From the NCBI GenBank assembly GCA_031400655.1, contig JANNQH010000876.1:1-44149 (forward strand): DNA of 44,149 nucleotides, given 5' to 3'. Shown piece by piece: positions 8,170 to 17,568 of the stretch (position 1 is the first letter of the stretch; each line of letters starts with the position of its first letter). Origin of the DNA: Deltaproteobacteria bacterium. Lineage in GTDB: Bacteria; Myxococcota_A; UBA9160; UBA4427. Made by a program: the position numbers and the translations under genes. The notes beneath the pieces are model-generated. The model was not told where the DNA came from and ran no database searches. It was given only the letters and a program-made list of their open reading frames with translations.

Positions 8170-8680
8170 ACGCAGGGATTGCGTGGGCTCTTCGTGATCG
8201 ATCTCGAGCGCCGCACGTCGCGGCTTGCCGGACTCGCTGCGTCGTCCGACGAATCATGGATGAACCAGATTGCCCGAAGCTCGACCGATTGCGACGAGGG
8301 CTCCCTTTCGGGTTATCGAATCCCGATCCATGATCGTGATTCGTCGTTCATCCGAGCGTTCGATCCGGCGCTCATGAGCGCTGCTGTCCATCCGGTGGAG
8401 CCTCCAGCCCGAGGCTCGAACCTCGATGCGTGCGCCGATTGATGCGCCCGGCCAAGTTGGTCGGGATGTAAAAGCCGGATCATTCTGATCGGGGAGGTGC
8501 TTGCTCGCCGGGCGATCCGGCAGTACCTCGGCCAGCATGGCGACGAATGAAACGACCAGGGCTCGGCGACCGATCGATCCGAGGCGCGTTCAGTGCTCAC
8601 CGAGTGGACGGTCCGATCGAATGTCACTCGAACGGGCCATCCAAAGATTCCTCTCCGTCTCCGACGCGAAGAGGGGCTCT
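8170..8680 (+). pseudogene. DDE integrase-core (rve) transposase fragment: C-terminal half, with stop and frameshift
   Basis: Reads FVIDLERRTSRLAGLAASSDESWMNQIARSSTDCDEGSLSGYRIPIHDRDSSFIRAF...PPARGSNLDACAD, then a stop, then ILIGEVLARRAIRQYLGQHGDE in another frame. This matches the usual ...PRSPNLNAYAERF...ILIGERHLRR...HYH... layout. Confidence 0.6.
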
Positions 8681-8748
8681 TCGTGCGGATCCGGGCGCGC
8701 GGGATACGCTGAAATGACTCGTCGCCGAATATGTAACAAGAGAGGATC

Positions 8749-9177
8749 ATGATGATCAGCGAAACGCGAGTGCTCGAGCTTCTTCACGGCCGGGATGCCG
8801 CTTTCATCAACGCGGACATCGAGGCCTATCTGGCGTTGTGGGAGCCGGAGGGCACGATCGAGTTCGGGGCGCATCGCTTCGTCGGTGCGGAGGCGATGCG
8901 GCAGGCGATCGTCGCCGCCTGGAACGTCTCGCGCGCGCTCCACATGGAGACGCGTGCCTACGCGATTCACGGTCGTTCGATCCTGAACGAGTACGTGATC
9001 GTCTGGGAGGACCGGCGGACGGGAGCGCGCACGGTTGCGGCGGGCATGGGGGTTCTCGAGGTCGGAGAGCGAGGTCGGTTCACGTACCTGCGTGACTACA
9101 TCGAGACGACGGGCGCCCCGCGGCCGAGCGCGCTCGAGCTGCCGGCGGTCCGGAAGCTTTTCGACGGGGCGGGCTGA
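8749..9177 (+). CDS. SnoaL-like / NTF2-fold protein
   Basis: 142-aa ORF with a GAGAGGA RBS. It reads LLHGRDAAFINADIEAYLALWEPEGTIEF...FTYLRDYIE, typical of small NTF2-like proteins. Confidence 0.7.
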   Translation: MMISETRVLELLHGRDAAFINADIEAYLALWEPEGTIEFGAHRFVGAEAMRQAIVAAWNVSRALHMETRAYAIHGRSILNEYVIVWEDRRTGARTVAAGMGVLEVGERGRFTYLRDYIETTGAPRPSALELPAVRKLFDGAG

Positions 9178-9191
9178 GGGCAGACGAGCCG

Positions 9192-9212
9192 CCTGGCCGA
9201 ACGGCCAGGTTT
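9192..9212 (+). terminator. Intrinsic-terminator-like hairpin between convergent genes
   Basis: CCTGGCC-GAAC-GGCCAGG followed by TTTC. It starts 15 nt after the stop codon of the gene ending at 9177. Confidence 0.45.
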
Positions 9213-9299
9213 CGCGATCCAGGTGCTTCGCGTGTCACCCCTACCGCCAGTCCGCTGGCCGGCGGGACCATTCCCTCCTGCGAAGTCGACGACCGTCAT

Positions 9300-10022
9300 T
9301 CATTCGTCTCCCGGGCCCGACAGCGCGCCCGTCGTCACGCGCACGAGTGCTCGTCCGATTTCGGGAAGACGACCCTTCGCAATTCGACTCGTCGGGCCGC
9401 TCACGATCATCGCCGCGAGCGGCTGGCCGTCTGCGGACAGGATCGGCGCGCCGACGACGCGCGCGTCCGCGATGATCTCGCGATCGTTGACGGCATAGCC
9501 TCGACGGCGCACCCGCGCGAGCGCCGCATCACCATCGAGGTCGGGATGGGCACGGCGCAGGTCCGCGAGCTCGTCTGCGGAGAGATGCGCGGCGATTGCC
9601 CGCGCGGCCGAGCTGTGGATCAGCGGCAGCTCGGCGCCGACCGGCGCGGCGATTCTCAGCGCGTGCCGGCTCTCGACGACTTCGCGCACGCGCAGCCGCG
9701 CATCCTCTAGCGCGACGAGCATGACGGTCTCGCCCGTCTCGTCGCGCAGGCTCTCCATCCGGGGTCGGAGTATCGCGACGAGGCTGGCTGCGGAGGTACG
9801 GCGCGCGAGTCTCGCCAGGGTCGGCGCGATGCGCCAACGCCCGTCCGCGGTTCGATCGAGCCAGCGCGCGGCGTGGAGCGTCACCGCCAGGCGGTGTGCG
9901 GCGCTCTTGTCGAAACCGATGGCGCGGGCGAGCTCGCTCACGCCGAGGGGTTGGCGCTCGGCGAGCAGCTCGACGAGGCGGCAGGCGTTGTGGACGGATT
10001 GAATCTGCTTGACGGTCGACAA
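9300..10022 (-). CDS. IclR-family transcriptional regulator
   Basis: Has an N-terminal wHTH (VHNACRLVELLAERQPLGVSELARAIGFDKSAAHRLAVTL) and a C-terminal IclR effector domain. The start codon is TTG. Confidence 0.9.
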   Translation of the reverse strand: MSTVKQIQSVHNACRLVELLAERQPLGVSELARAIGFDKSAAHRLAVTLHAARWLDRTADGRWRIAPTLARLARRTSAASLVAILRPRMESLRDETGETVMLVALEDARLRVREVVESRHALRIAAPVGAELPLIHSSAARAIAAHLSADELADLRRAHPDLDGDAALARVRRRGYAVNDREIIADARVVGAPILSADGQPLAAMIVSGPTSRIAKGRLPEIGRALVRVTTGALSGPGDE

Positions 10023-10055
10023 TGATTTCCCCTAGGCTTCTTGTGAAGACACATA

Positions 10056-10074
10056 CGTATTACATAGTAATACG
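10056..10074. promoter_or_regulatory. Perfect palindrome CGTATTAC-ATA-GTAATACG in the IclR/PhyH divergent intergenic region (candidate IclR operator)
   Basis: 8-bp perfect inverted arms with a 3-nt spacer. It sits in the only AT-rich stretch of the 74-nt gap between the divergent start codons. Confidence 0.5.
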
Positions 10075-10096
10075 AACTGGACAAGGGAGATTCAGC

Positions 10097-11344
10097 ATGG
10101 CGACCGATTCTCAAGGTTCGGGACTTCCCTGGGTGGACGCGATCGCTAGGTCCTTCGAGCCCGTCTCCTTCGTTGGATTCCATCGCGATCGCCTTCCGTC
10201 GCTCGTCGCTCGTCACGGCAAGCTCGTCGCCCGCGATCTCGAGGGAGCGGCGCCCTTCGCCTTCCGCCTGCCGAGCGGTGTCGCCTTCACCTGGTTCCCG
10301 TCGCCCGATGGTGTCCGGATTACCGAGGGCGACGACAAAGCCGACACAGTTGTCGAGCTCAATGAAGAGACATTCTCCGAGTTTATCCATCAGCTGCTGA
10401 CGGCCTCGGGCTCAGTCCAGACGGGCCGCGCCAAGATCGTGCGGGGAAGCATCGTCGGCTGGCAGCGGTTCGAGCCGGCGATTCAATCACTTTGCGAGGG
10501 TCGCGAGATCTATGGCCCGCAAGTCTGGGAGACGCTCGTCGATCGGAGAGGCCAACCGCTCGACCTGCGGCGTCGATTCTCGAGAAACGACGATCTCGAA
10601 GAGATTCGCCACTACTTTCATACGGCAGGTTTCGTCCATCTGGAAGCCGTCTTCACGCCCGAGGAAATCGAGCGATACGGAGCCGAAGTGGAGCACGTCC
10701 GCTCTCGGACGACGCCCGGCGACCCCTTCTCCTGGTGGTCGATCGACGCGTCCGGCCGCGAGGTCGTGACCCGCATCAACTATTGCGGTCGCCATTCGAA
10801 GGCGCTCCAGGCGCTTTCTCACGATTCCCGGCTCGAGCGCTTCGCTCGTCTTGCGGGATCGACGTTACGAGTCTGCGACGACCGCCTCGACGGACCGATG
10901 GTGTTCATCAAGAATTCGCACGTCGTGAAGGGCAATGGAGATCTTAGTTGGCACGTGGACGACGGGATCGGAGGCCATCCCGTGATGTGTCCCCTTATCC
11001 AGGCGGGGGTCCAACTTGACCGCGCGAACGCCGAGAATGGACAGCTCGGCATCCTGGCCGGCTCGCATCGTTATTCGAAGCATTGGATCCAGTGGGGCCA
11101 GGAGGAGGGCCTCCCCGCCGTCTTCCTCGAGACCGAACCGGGCGATCTCACGCTCCACTACGGAGATGCGATGCATACGACGCCGCCTCCGACCGGTGCG
11201 AATGCCGGGCGTCGTGCCCTCTACTACAAGTTCGCCGAGCCCAAGACGTTCGAGTGGATCCCCGCGGACTGTCACTACAACGACGCCCTCTTCCGCCCGG
11301 ACACCAGCGGTCGGACGTCGAGCCGGGCGGCTTCGGGAAACTGA
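10097..11344 (+). CDS. Phytanoyl-CoA dioxygenase (PhyH) family Fe(II)/2-oxoglutarate oxygenase with an extra N-terminal domain
   Basis: The ATG at 10097 follows a GGGAGA RBS. The C-terminal half reads LSWHVDDGIGGH...NGQLGILAGSHRY...GDLTLHYGDAMHTTPP, consistent with an HxD...H facial triad. Confidence 0.8.
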   Translation: MATDSQGSGLPWVDAIARSFEPVSFVGFHRDRLPSLVARHGKLVARDLEGAAPFAFRLPSGVAFTWFPSPDGVRITEGDDKADTVVELNEETFSEFIHQLLTASGSVQTGRAKIVRGSIVGWQRFEPAIQSLCEGREIYGPQVWETLVDRRGQPLDLRRRFSRNDDLEEIRHYFHTAGFVHLEAVFTPEEIERYGAEVEHVRSRTTPGDPFSWWSIDASGREVVTRINYCGRHSKALQALSHDSRLERFARLAGSTLRVCDDRLDGPMVFIKNSHVVKGNGDLSWHVDDGIGGHPVMCPLIQAGVQLDRANAENGQLGILAGSHRYSKHWIQWGQEEGLPAVFLETEPGDLTLHYGDAMHTTPPPTGANAGRRALYYKFAEPKTFEWIPADCHYNDALFRPDTSGRTSSRAASGN

Positions 11345-11382
11345 CGAGCCCCAGCTCACGGTTCGCGGAAGGAGAATGCTGC

Positions 11383-12186
11383 ATGGCCGACCAGGAGATC
11401 GAAAAGCGGATCGAGCAATGGGCCGACGCGCTCTACCAGGCGCAGCGGGATCGCGTCCAGATCCCGGGGCCCAGCCGGAGCTACGGCGAGCTCTCGCTTC
11501 ACGACGCTTACGAGGTCCAGGCCCGAGTCGTCGCGAAGCGCGTCGAGGCGGGCGAGCGTCAGGTCGGCTGGAAGGTCGGTGCGACGAGCTTCGCCATCCT
11601 CGAGCAGATGAAGGGCAAGATTGACGGGCCGAGCTATGGCGTCCTGATGAGTGGGACGACGTTCAGCGACCCCGAATACGTCTCCGCCGCCGACTTCTTC
11701 GGCATCGGGCTCGAGGCGGAGATCGGGATCGTGCTGGAACATCCCCTGCGAGGGCCGGGCGTCACGAACGTCGACGTCCTTCGCGCTGCGTCCGGCGTGG
11801 TGGCGTCGGTCGAGATCCTCGACGGGCGCATCTTGACGGGGACTTCGAGCCTGCAGGACGGGATGGCCGACAACGCCTTCCACGGGGCGTCGGTGCTGGG
11901 GACGCGGATGGCGCCCGCGCGGGGCTTCGACTTCCAGCACGAAGGTGCGGTCGTCCGCAAGAACGGGAAGCTCTTCGGGAGCGGCTGCGGGGTCGAGGCG
12001 CTCGGCAATCCTCTGAGCGTCGTGAGCTGGCTGGCCAACGAGCTCGCGAAGCACGACCGCCAGATCGATGCGGGACACGTGATCTCGACCGGATCGTTGC
12101 TGAAGATCCTGCCCGCTGGCGCCGGCGACGTGGTCGAATTCTCCTTCGCGCATCTGGGCGTCGTTCGCTTCGGCATCGTCGCATGA
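11383..12186 (+). CDS. 2-keto-4-pentenoate hydratase-like (MhpD/FAH-fold hydratase/decarboxylase family)
   Basis: The ATG at 11383 follows a GGAAGGAG RBS. Reads LHDAYEVQARVV...QVGWKVGATS...GLEAEIGIVL...VEILDGRI...MADNAFHG...GNPLSVVSWLAN. Confidence 0.8.
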   Translation: MADQEIEKRIEQWADALYQAQRDRVQIPGPSRSYGELSLHDAYEVQARVVAKRVEAGERQVGWKVGATSFAILEQMKGKIDGPSYGVLMSGTTFSDPEYVSAADFFGIGLEAEIGIVLEHPLRGPGVTNVDVLRAASGVVASVEILDGRILTGTSSLQDGMADNAFHGASVLGTRMAPARGFDFQHEGAVVRKNGKLFGSGCGVEALGNPLSVVSWLANELAKHDRQIDAGHVISTGSLLKILPAGAGDVVEFSFAHLGVVRFGIVA

Positions 12187-12298
12187 CCAGACCGTGCGCG
12201 CGCCCCATGCGGAGGGGCCGCGATGGAGGCCTTCCGTGTGCTTCCGCGCCTGAGTGGGCGCAGGTGATCCGAATCCATCGATCTGTAAAGGAGACGAC

Positions 12299-13507
12299 AT
12301 GGTCGACGTCCGCCCCCTCGATCCGGCCCTCTTCCTCCCGGAGCCCGCGCCGCGCGCGGTGAAGTACACGATCGTGTCGGTCGACGATCACGTCGTCGAG
12401 CCGCCCCACGTCTTCGAGCGCTACCTCCCGAAGAACCTGCGCGAGCGCGGTCCCCGCATTGTCGAAACGCCCGAGGGCCACGAGGTCTGGGCCTTCGACG
12501 GCGGCTACCACACGCAGGTCGGCATGAACGCGATCGCGGGTCGGCGTCCCGAGACCGTGCGGTTCGAGCCCTTCCGCTTCGAGCAGATGCGGCCCGGCTG
12601 CTATGACGCCGAGGCCCGCGTCAAGGACATGGACGTCGGGGGCATCTGGGCGCAGCTCAACTTCCCCTCGTCGATCACGGGCTTCTGCGGCCGCCACTTC
12701 GCCGCCGCGACGGACCGTGAAGTCGGGCTCGCTTGCGTGAAGGCCTGGAACGATTGGATCTACGAGGAATGGATCAGACCCCATCCCGAACGGTTCATTC
12801 CCAACGCGATCACCTATCTCACCGATTCCGGCGAAGCCGTGAAGGAGATCCGGCGAAACGCGGAGCGCGGCTTCAGATCCGTCACTTTCCCTGAACGTCC
12901 CCAGGCGGTCGGGATGCCCAACCTCTGGGACCGCGCCCACTGGGATCCGATCATCCAGGCGTGCGTCGACACCGCAACGGTGATCTCGCTCCACGTGGGC
13001 TCGTCGGGCATGTACCCGATTCCGGAGGGCGCGCCGCAGCTTCAGCTCGGAGCGACGATGTTCGGCCAGCTCTCGCTGGCGGCGTGCTCCGAATGGCTCT
13101 GGTCGGGTCATCCGCTCCGCCACCCGACGCTCGAGATCGTGATGTCCGAAGGTGGGATCGGCTGGGTTCCGATGCTTCTCGACCGCCTCGACAACATCAT
13201 CGACCGCTCGGGGTACGGACTCGGCTGGGAGATGCGTCCCGCGGAGGTGCTGCAACGCAACTTCTGGTTCTGCACCTTCGACGATCCCTCGACGATCGAC
13301 GCTCGCCATCGCATCGGAGTCGATCACATCCTCTTCGAGACGGACTATCCACACGGCGACGGAACCTGGCCCGACTCGCAGCAGGTCGTCGAGCGCTACT
13401 GGGGCCACATCCCAAATCACGAGGTTCGCATGATGTGCAGCGAGAACGCGGCCCGGCTATTCCATCACCCGCTTCCGAAGGTCGTGCTGCCGCAGGATCG
13501 GGCATGA
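12299..13507 (+). CDS. Amidohydrolase-2 family protein (PF04909, ACMSD/LigW-like metal-dependent hydrolase/decarboxylase)
   Basis: The ATG at 12299 follows an AAAGGAG RBS. Reads IVSVDDHVVEPPHVFERYLP...FETDYPHGDGTWP. It is a paralog of 21399..22613. Confidence 0.88.
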   Translation: MVDVRPLDPALFLPEPAPRAVKYTIVSVDDHVVEPPHVFERYLPKNLRERGPRIVETPEGHEVWAFDGGYHTQVGMNAIAGRRPETVRFEPFRFEQMRPGCYDAEARVKDMDVGGIWAQLNFPSSITGFCGRHFAAATDREVGLACVKAWNDWIYEEWIRPHPERFIPNAITYLTDSGEAVKEIRRNAERGFRSVTFPERPQAVGMPNLWDRAHWDPIIQACVDTATVISLHVGSSGMYPIPEGAPQLQLGATMFGQLSLAACSEWLWSGHPLRHPTLEIVMSEGGIGWVPMLLDRLDNIIDRSGYGLGWEMRPAEVLQRNFWFCTFDDPSTIDARHRIGVDHILFETDYPHGDGTWPDSQQVVERYWGHIPNHEVRMMCSENAARLFHHPLPKVVLPQDRA

Positions 13508-14394
13508 CCCTCGCCGACGGCTTCGAGACGCTGACCACCGAGTTGCGGGACCGCGTGCTCCTCGCGACGCTGAACCGACCAGATCATCTGAACGCCTTCA
13601 CGGTCGCCATGGCGGACGAGCTCGAGGCCCTGTTCCGGCAGGCGAGCGAGGACGACGAGGTCGGAGCGATCGTCGTGACCGGAGCGGGTCGCGCATTCTG
13701 TGCCGGCATGGATCTGTCGGTTCCGGGGAACGTATTCGGCCTCGACGAATCCCTCCGACCGACCTTGGGCGACATGGAGACGCGACTGGCGGATTCGGCG
13801 ATCCATGCCGGGGTTCGCGATACGGGGGGACGCGTCAGCCTCGCCGTCTTCGCCTGCAAGAAGCCCGTGATCGCGGCGATCAACGGGCCCGCGGTCGGAA
13901 TCGGCGCGACGATGACCCTACCCATGGACGTCCGTCTCGTTTCGGACAGGGCACGAATCGGATTCGTCTTCGGCAAGCTCGGCGTGACTCCGGAGGCCTG
14001 CTCGACCTGGTTCCTGCCGAGACTGGTGGGGCTGTCCCAGGCGATGGAGTGGATCTATTCCGGTGAGATCTTCGACGCGGGCGAAGCCGTGCGCGCGGGC
14101 CTGGCGAAAGCCGTGGTGCCTTCGGATCGCCTCGTCGAGACGGCGATCGAGCTCGCGAAGCGATTCGTTTCGCACCGGTCTCCAGTCTCGATCGCCTTGA
14201 CGCGACAGATGCTCCTGCGCAACGGCTCCCTCGCCCACCCATTGGATGCCCACCGCATCGAATCGCTCGCGATGTTCTATACCAGCACCGGCGACGGCAA
14301 GGAAGGCGTGCGTTCGTTCCTCGAGAAGCGTGATCCCGACTTTTCGAGCAAGGCGAGTGAAATGCCCCCTTTCTATCCGTGGTGGAGCGTCTGA
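13504..14394 (+). CDS. Enoyl-CoA hydratase/isomerase (crotonase) family protein
   Basis: The start overlaps the upstream stop (ATGA). Reads VLLATLNRPDHLNAFT...IVVTGAGRAFCAGMDL...KPVIAAINGPAVGIGATM. Confidence 0.9.
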   Translation: MTLADGFETLTTELRDRVLLATLNRPDHLNAFTVAMADELEALFRQASEDDEVGAIVVTGAGRAFCAGMDLSVPGNVFGLDESLRPTLGDMETRLADSAIHAGVRDTGGRVSLAVFACKKPVIAAINGPAVGIGATMTLPMDVRLVSDRARIGFVFGKLGVTPEACSTWFLPRLVGLSQAMEWIYSGEIFDAGEAVRAGLAKAVVPSDRLVETAIELAKRFVSHRSPVSIALTRQMLLRNGSLAHPLDAHRIESLAMFYTSTGDGKEGVRSFLEKRDPDFSSKASEMPPFYPWWSV

Positions 14395-16125
14395 GTGTCG
14401 ATCCGGATGAAGGTCGATGCCGGGAATGCATTCTCCAGGGAAGCCGACGATCGGGATCCCCGCTCGGTCCGCATCATTCGCCAGCGCGCGATGGATCACG
14501 TTTGTGGGGCCGGTGGACGGTACGAGACGGCGATGGAAGTCGTGAACGGGGTGAAGCTCCCGGTCTTCGTCCAGCGTCATCGTTCGGTCGTGGATCTTCT
14601 CGACGAGGCGGTCGCGCGATTCGCCGATCGCGCCTTCATGTCGTTGAACGGGCACACCTGCTCGTACGCAGCGGCGGCCGAGGCGTCGGAATCGATCGCA
14701 CGAACGCTGGCGGAACGCCACGGCGTTCGACCAGGCGACCGAGTCGCGATCTTCGCGGCGAACAGCCCGGATTGGTTCCTGACGTTCTGGGCGACGATGC
14801 GCCTCGGCGCGATCGCTTGCGCGTTCAACGGGTGGTGGACGGGCGAGGAGGCTCGAAACGCGATCGACCTCGTCGATCCCGTGGTGTTGCTGGCGGACGC
14901 GGGTCGGGCGGCTCGGCTCACCGACGGCCCCCTCGAAGTGCCGCTGCTCGACGTCGCCCGTGACGCCGCAGCGAAAGGGACGTCGTCCGATCAGGCACGC
15001 CGTTCCAACATCAGCGTCGACGAGGACGACGCCGCTTTGCTGCTCTTCACATCGGGTACGACCTCGAAGCCCAAAGGCGCGTTGATCTCGCATCGCGGCA
15101 TCGTCGGCTTCGTGCAGACCCACCTCTGCAATGCCGCGATCGGTGCCCGGGTGGTCGCGGTCGCTTCCGATGGTCCGGAGTCGCCCACCAGCCCGTCGAC
15201 TACGCAGAGCACGCTGTTGCTGACCTCGCCGCTCTTTCATGTCTCCGGCCTGTTGGGCGGGATGATGATGGCGGCGGTGGCGGGCACCCACGTCGTGATG
15301 CGATCGGGTCGTTTCGATCCGGCCGACGTGCTCCACTTGATCGAGACCCATGGGGTCACGAACTGGTCCCCGCTCGGAGCGACCGGGGCGAGAGTGCTTC
15401 GCCATCCGTCTTTTTCGCCCGAGCGTGTACACACCGTCCGTCAGATCGGGTTCGGCGGCGGTCCGACGACCCCGGCTCGACGGCTGGAGATTCTGCACGC
15501 GTTTCCCAATGCATCGCTCTCCGTGTCGAACGGCTACGGCTCGACCGAAACCGTGGCGACGGCCACGTCGATCTCGGGCTCGGAATACGATCGGAATCCC
15601 AGGGCAGCGGGACGAGCGCTCCCGACCGTCGAAGTCGAAATCTGGGACGACGAGGATCGGGTGCTCGAGGACGACCAGCTCGGACGGGTGATGGTGCGCT
15701 CCGCGTATCGCTTCCTGGGCTACTGGAATTCACCGGAAGCGACCGCGGCGGTCCTCCGACGAGACGGATTTCTCGACAGCGGCGACTTCGGGCGGCTCGT
15801 CGATGGATTGCTCACGATCGATTCGCGTGCCCGGGACATGATCATCCGATCCGGTGAGAATGTGTCGCCCCTCGAAGTCGAAGCAGTGCTCGAGAGCCAC
15901 CCGGCCGTGGCCGAGGCGGCCGTGGTCGCCGTCGATCACGACGAACACGGTCAGGAGGTGGCTGCGGTGATCGTACCGAAAGCGGAATTGGAGGTCGTCG
16001 AGCTGGAGGCGTTTTGCGCCGCACGGCTCGCGGCCTACAAAGTGCCGGCGAGATGGGTTCTGCGCGCCGAGCCCCTCCCGCGCAATGCAGCGGGAAAGGT
16101 CGTGAAAAGAGAGCTCGTAGTATGA
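14395..16125 (+). CDS. AMP-dependent synthetase/ligase (acyl-CoA synthetase)
   Basis: The GTG lies directly after the upstream TGA; an alternative start is the ATG at 14407. Reads LLLFTSGTTSKPKGALISH...GYGSTE...DSGDFG...RSGENVSP...LPRNAAGKVVKREL. Confidence 0.9.
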   Translation: MSIRMKVDAGNAFSREADDRDPRSVRIIRQRAMDHVCGAGGRYETAMEVVNGVKLPVFVQRHRSVVDLLDEAVARFADRAFMSLNGHTCSYAAAAEASESIARTLAERHGVRPGDRVAIFAANSPDWFLTFWATMRLGAIACAFNGWWTGEEARNAIDLVDPVVLLADAGRAARLTDGPLEVPLLDVARDAAAKGTSSDQARRSNISVDEDDAALLLFTSGTTSKPKGALISHRGIVGFVQTHLCNAAIGARVVAVASDGPESPTSPSTTQSTLLLTSPLFHVSGLLGGMMMAAVAGTHVVMRSGRFDPADVLHLIETHGVTNWSPLGATGARVLRHPSFSPERVHTVRQIGFGGGPTTPARRLEILHAFPNASLSVSNGYGSTETVATATSISGSEYDRNPRAAGRALPTVEVEIWDDEDRVLEDDQLGRVMVRSAYRFLGYWNSPEATAAVLRRDGFLDSGDFGRLVDGLLTIDSRARDMIIRSGENVSPLEVEAVLESHPAVAEAAVVAVDHDEHGQEVAAVIVPKAELEVVELEAFCAARLAAYKVPARWVLRAEPLPRNAAGKVVKRELVV

Positions 16126-16139
16126 GTGGTTCCGATCGT

Positions 16140-16424
16140 CGGCAGAGCTGCCGCGGCTCGATCGCCCGCCAATCGCTCGTGCACGGCCCGAAAGTCGACT
16201 CGAGCCAGGCCGCGGGATCATCGCCGCTGGCGCTCGCGACGAGCGTCGTAACCCCGACTGCGGCGAAGGCTTCGGCCTGGCGCAAAAGAACCGAAGGCGA
16301 GGTCCCGGGTGCGACGGCGGGATGCATGACGGTGACCTCGATCTCGTTGGGCGCGCGGTCGATCTCGGCGCAGTTCCCGTCCGGGCCCATGCCAACGATG
16401 CGAAGCTCTGCTGGTCCGCCATGA
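16140..16424 (-). pseudogene. C-terminal relic of a luciferase-like (LLM) oxidoreductase
   Basis: The reverse frame reads ELRIVGMGPDGNCAEIDRAPNEIEVTVMHPAVAPGTSPSVLLRQAEAFAAVGVTTLVASASGDDPAAWLESTFGP. This resembles the C-terminal 90 aa of the intact LLMs at 35768 and 36653. A stop lies immediately upstream and no N-terminal part is present. Confidence 0.4.
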
Positions 16425-16432
16425 TCTCAACC

Positions 16433-16465
16433 CCCGCTCATCTTCCAACATAACGAGCGGGTTTT
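16433..16465 (+). terminator. Possible intrinsic terminator
   Basis: CCCGCTC-(15 nt)-GAGCGGG followed by TTTT. The long loop lowers confidence. Confidence 0.3.
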
Positions 16466-16491
16466 GCAGCGGTTCCCTAGTCTGAGCCGTC

Positions 16492-17423
16492 ATGCGCCAC
16501 TCTGAAGGACCCGACCCGAAGCCGCATACACGTCATCGTCCGAACGGCGCTGGAACGGCGGAGACCTCTGGTTCGAGGAGCTCCGACGGGGCGGCACGCG
16601 ACAAGGCGCGTCCCGACGACGCTCTCTTCCTGCGCCTTCCCGATCCGGACCACTTCGAGCCCACCTCGTTCACCGGCGGTCCCTGGGATCCGCACCATCA
16701 GCATGGCGGCGCCGTCGCAGGTCTGTTGACCCGCTGCCTCGAGCGGGCGCCCATGCCGGTACCGATGCGCCTGACACGGATCGCGCTCGAGATTCTTCGC
16801 AGCGTTCCCCTCGTGCCCCTGCGCGTCGAGACGCGCATTTTGCGGGCGGGACGACGTACCCAGAGTCTCGAGGCAGGCCTTTTCGACGGAGCAACACTGG
16901 TCGCTCGGGCGACCGCCCTGCGCATGCGGCGCGCCACGACCTGGCCGAGGTGGCCTCGCAGCCGGCGCTGCCAGCCGATCTCGACGCCCGTCCGGAGCAA
17001 GCCCTCTCCCTCGCGACGACCGATCGCTTCGAGGGCAGCGGGAGGCCGGTTCCGGGCTTCGTGCGCTCCGTCGAGCTCGCCTCGCTCCAGAAGAGCGTGC
17101 GTGATGGCGTTCCGGCGACGGTCTGGGCACGGCTGCTATGCCGCGTCGTCGAAGGCGAGGATCCGTCGCCGACGGTGAGGTTGGCGACCCTCGTCGACTT
17201 CGCGAGCGGGACCGGCAGTAGCCTCGATTTCGCCCGCTACTTTTCAATCAATCCCGACCTTACGATCCACGCACTCCGCGAAGCTCGGAGCGAGTGGATC
17301 GCGATCCACGGCGCAACCTGGTTCGCCCGCGATGGGATCGGCCAGAGCTCGGCTGCTATCTACGACGAGCAGGGGCGGATCGCCGGGGTTCAGGTCTCGT
17401 TGCTGCTCGAGCGTCGCGGCTGA
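16492..17423 (+). pseudogene. Thioesterase-like superfamily protein (double hotdog, TesB-like), apparently frameshifted
   Basis: The N-terminal half is in the frame of 16492 (FEPTSFTGGPWDPHHQHGGAVAGLLTRCLE...ILRAGRRTQSLEAGLFDGATLVARATAL). The C-terminal half is in the frame of 16950 (PGFVRSVEL...PATVWARLLCRVVEGEDPSPTVRLATLVDFASG...INPDLTIHALREARSEWIAIHG...IYDEQGRIAGVQVSLLLE). The switch falls at about 16915-16950. Confidence 0.6.
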
Positions 17424-17568
17424 GCGTCGGAGCGCTTCGACCTCCTTGGAGTGCTCCTGCGTGGGCGATCCGTTCAGGAGGAGCGGCCGGCCGAGTGCCC
17501 GACGCCCTTGGGCGATCGCGAGACGGCTGGTCCCGCCGAAGCTCGCACGAGCGTCTCGGACGGCGAGG

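Noticed and set aside
16014-16424. + strand ORF (136 aa) downstream of and overlapping the acyl-CoA ligase stop.
   Set aside because: It has no motifs and a Ser/Arg/Ala-rich composition. The opposite strand reads as a recognisable LLM C-terminal relic.
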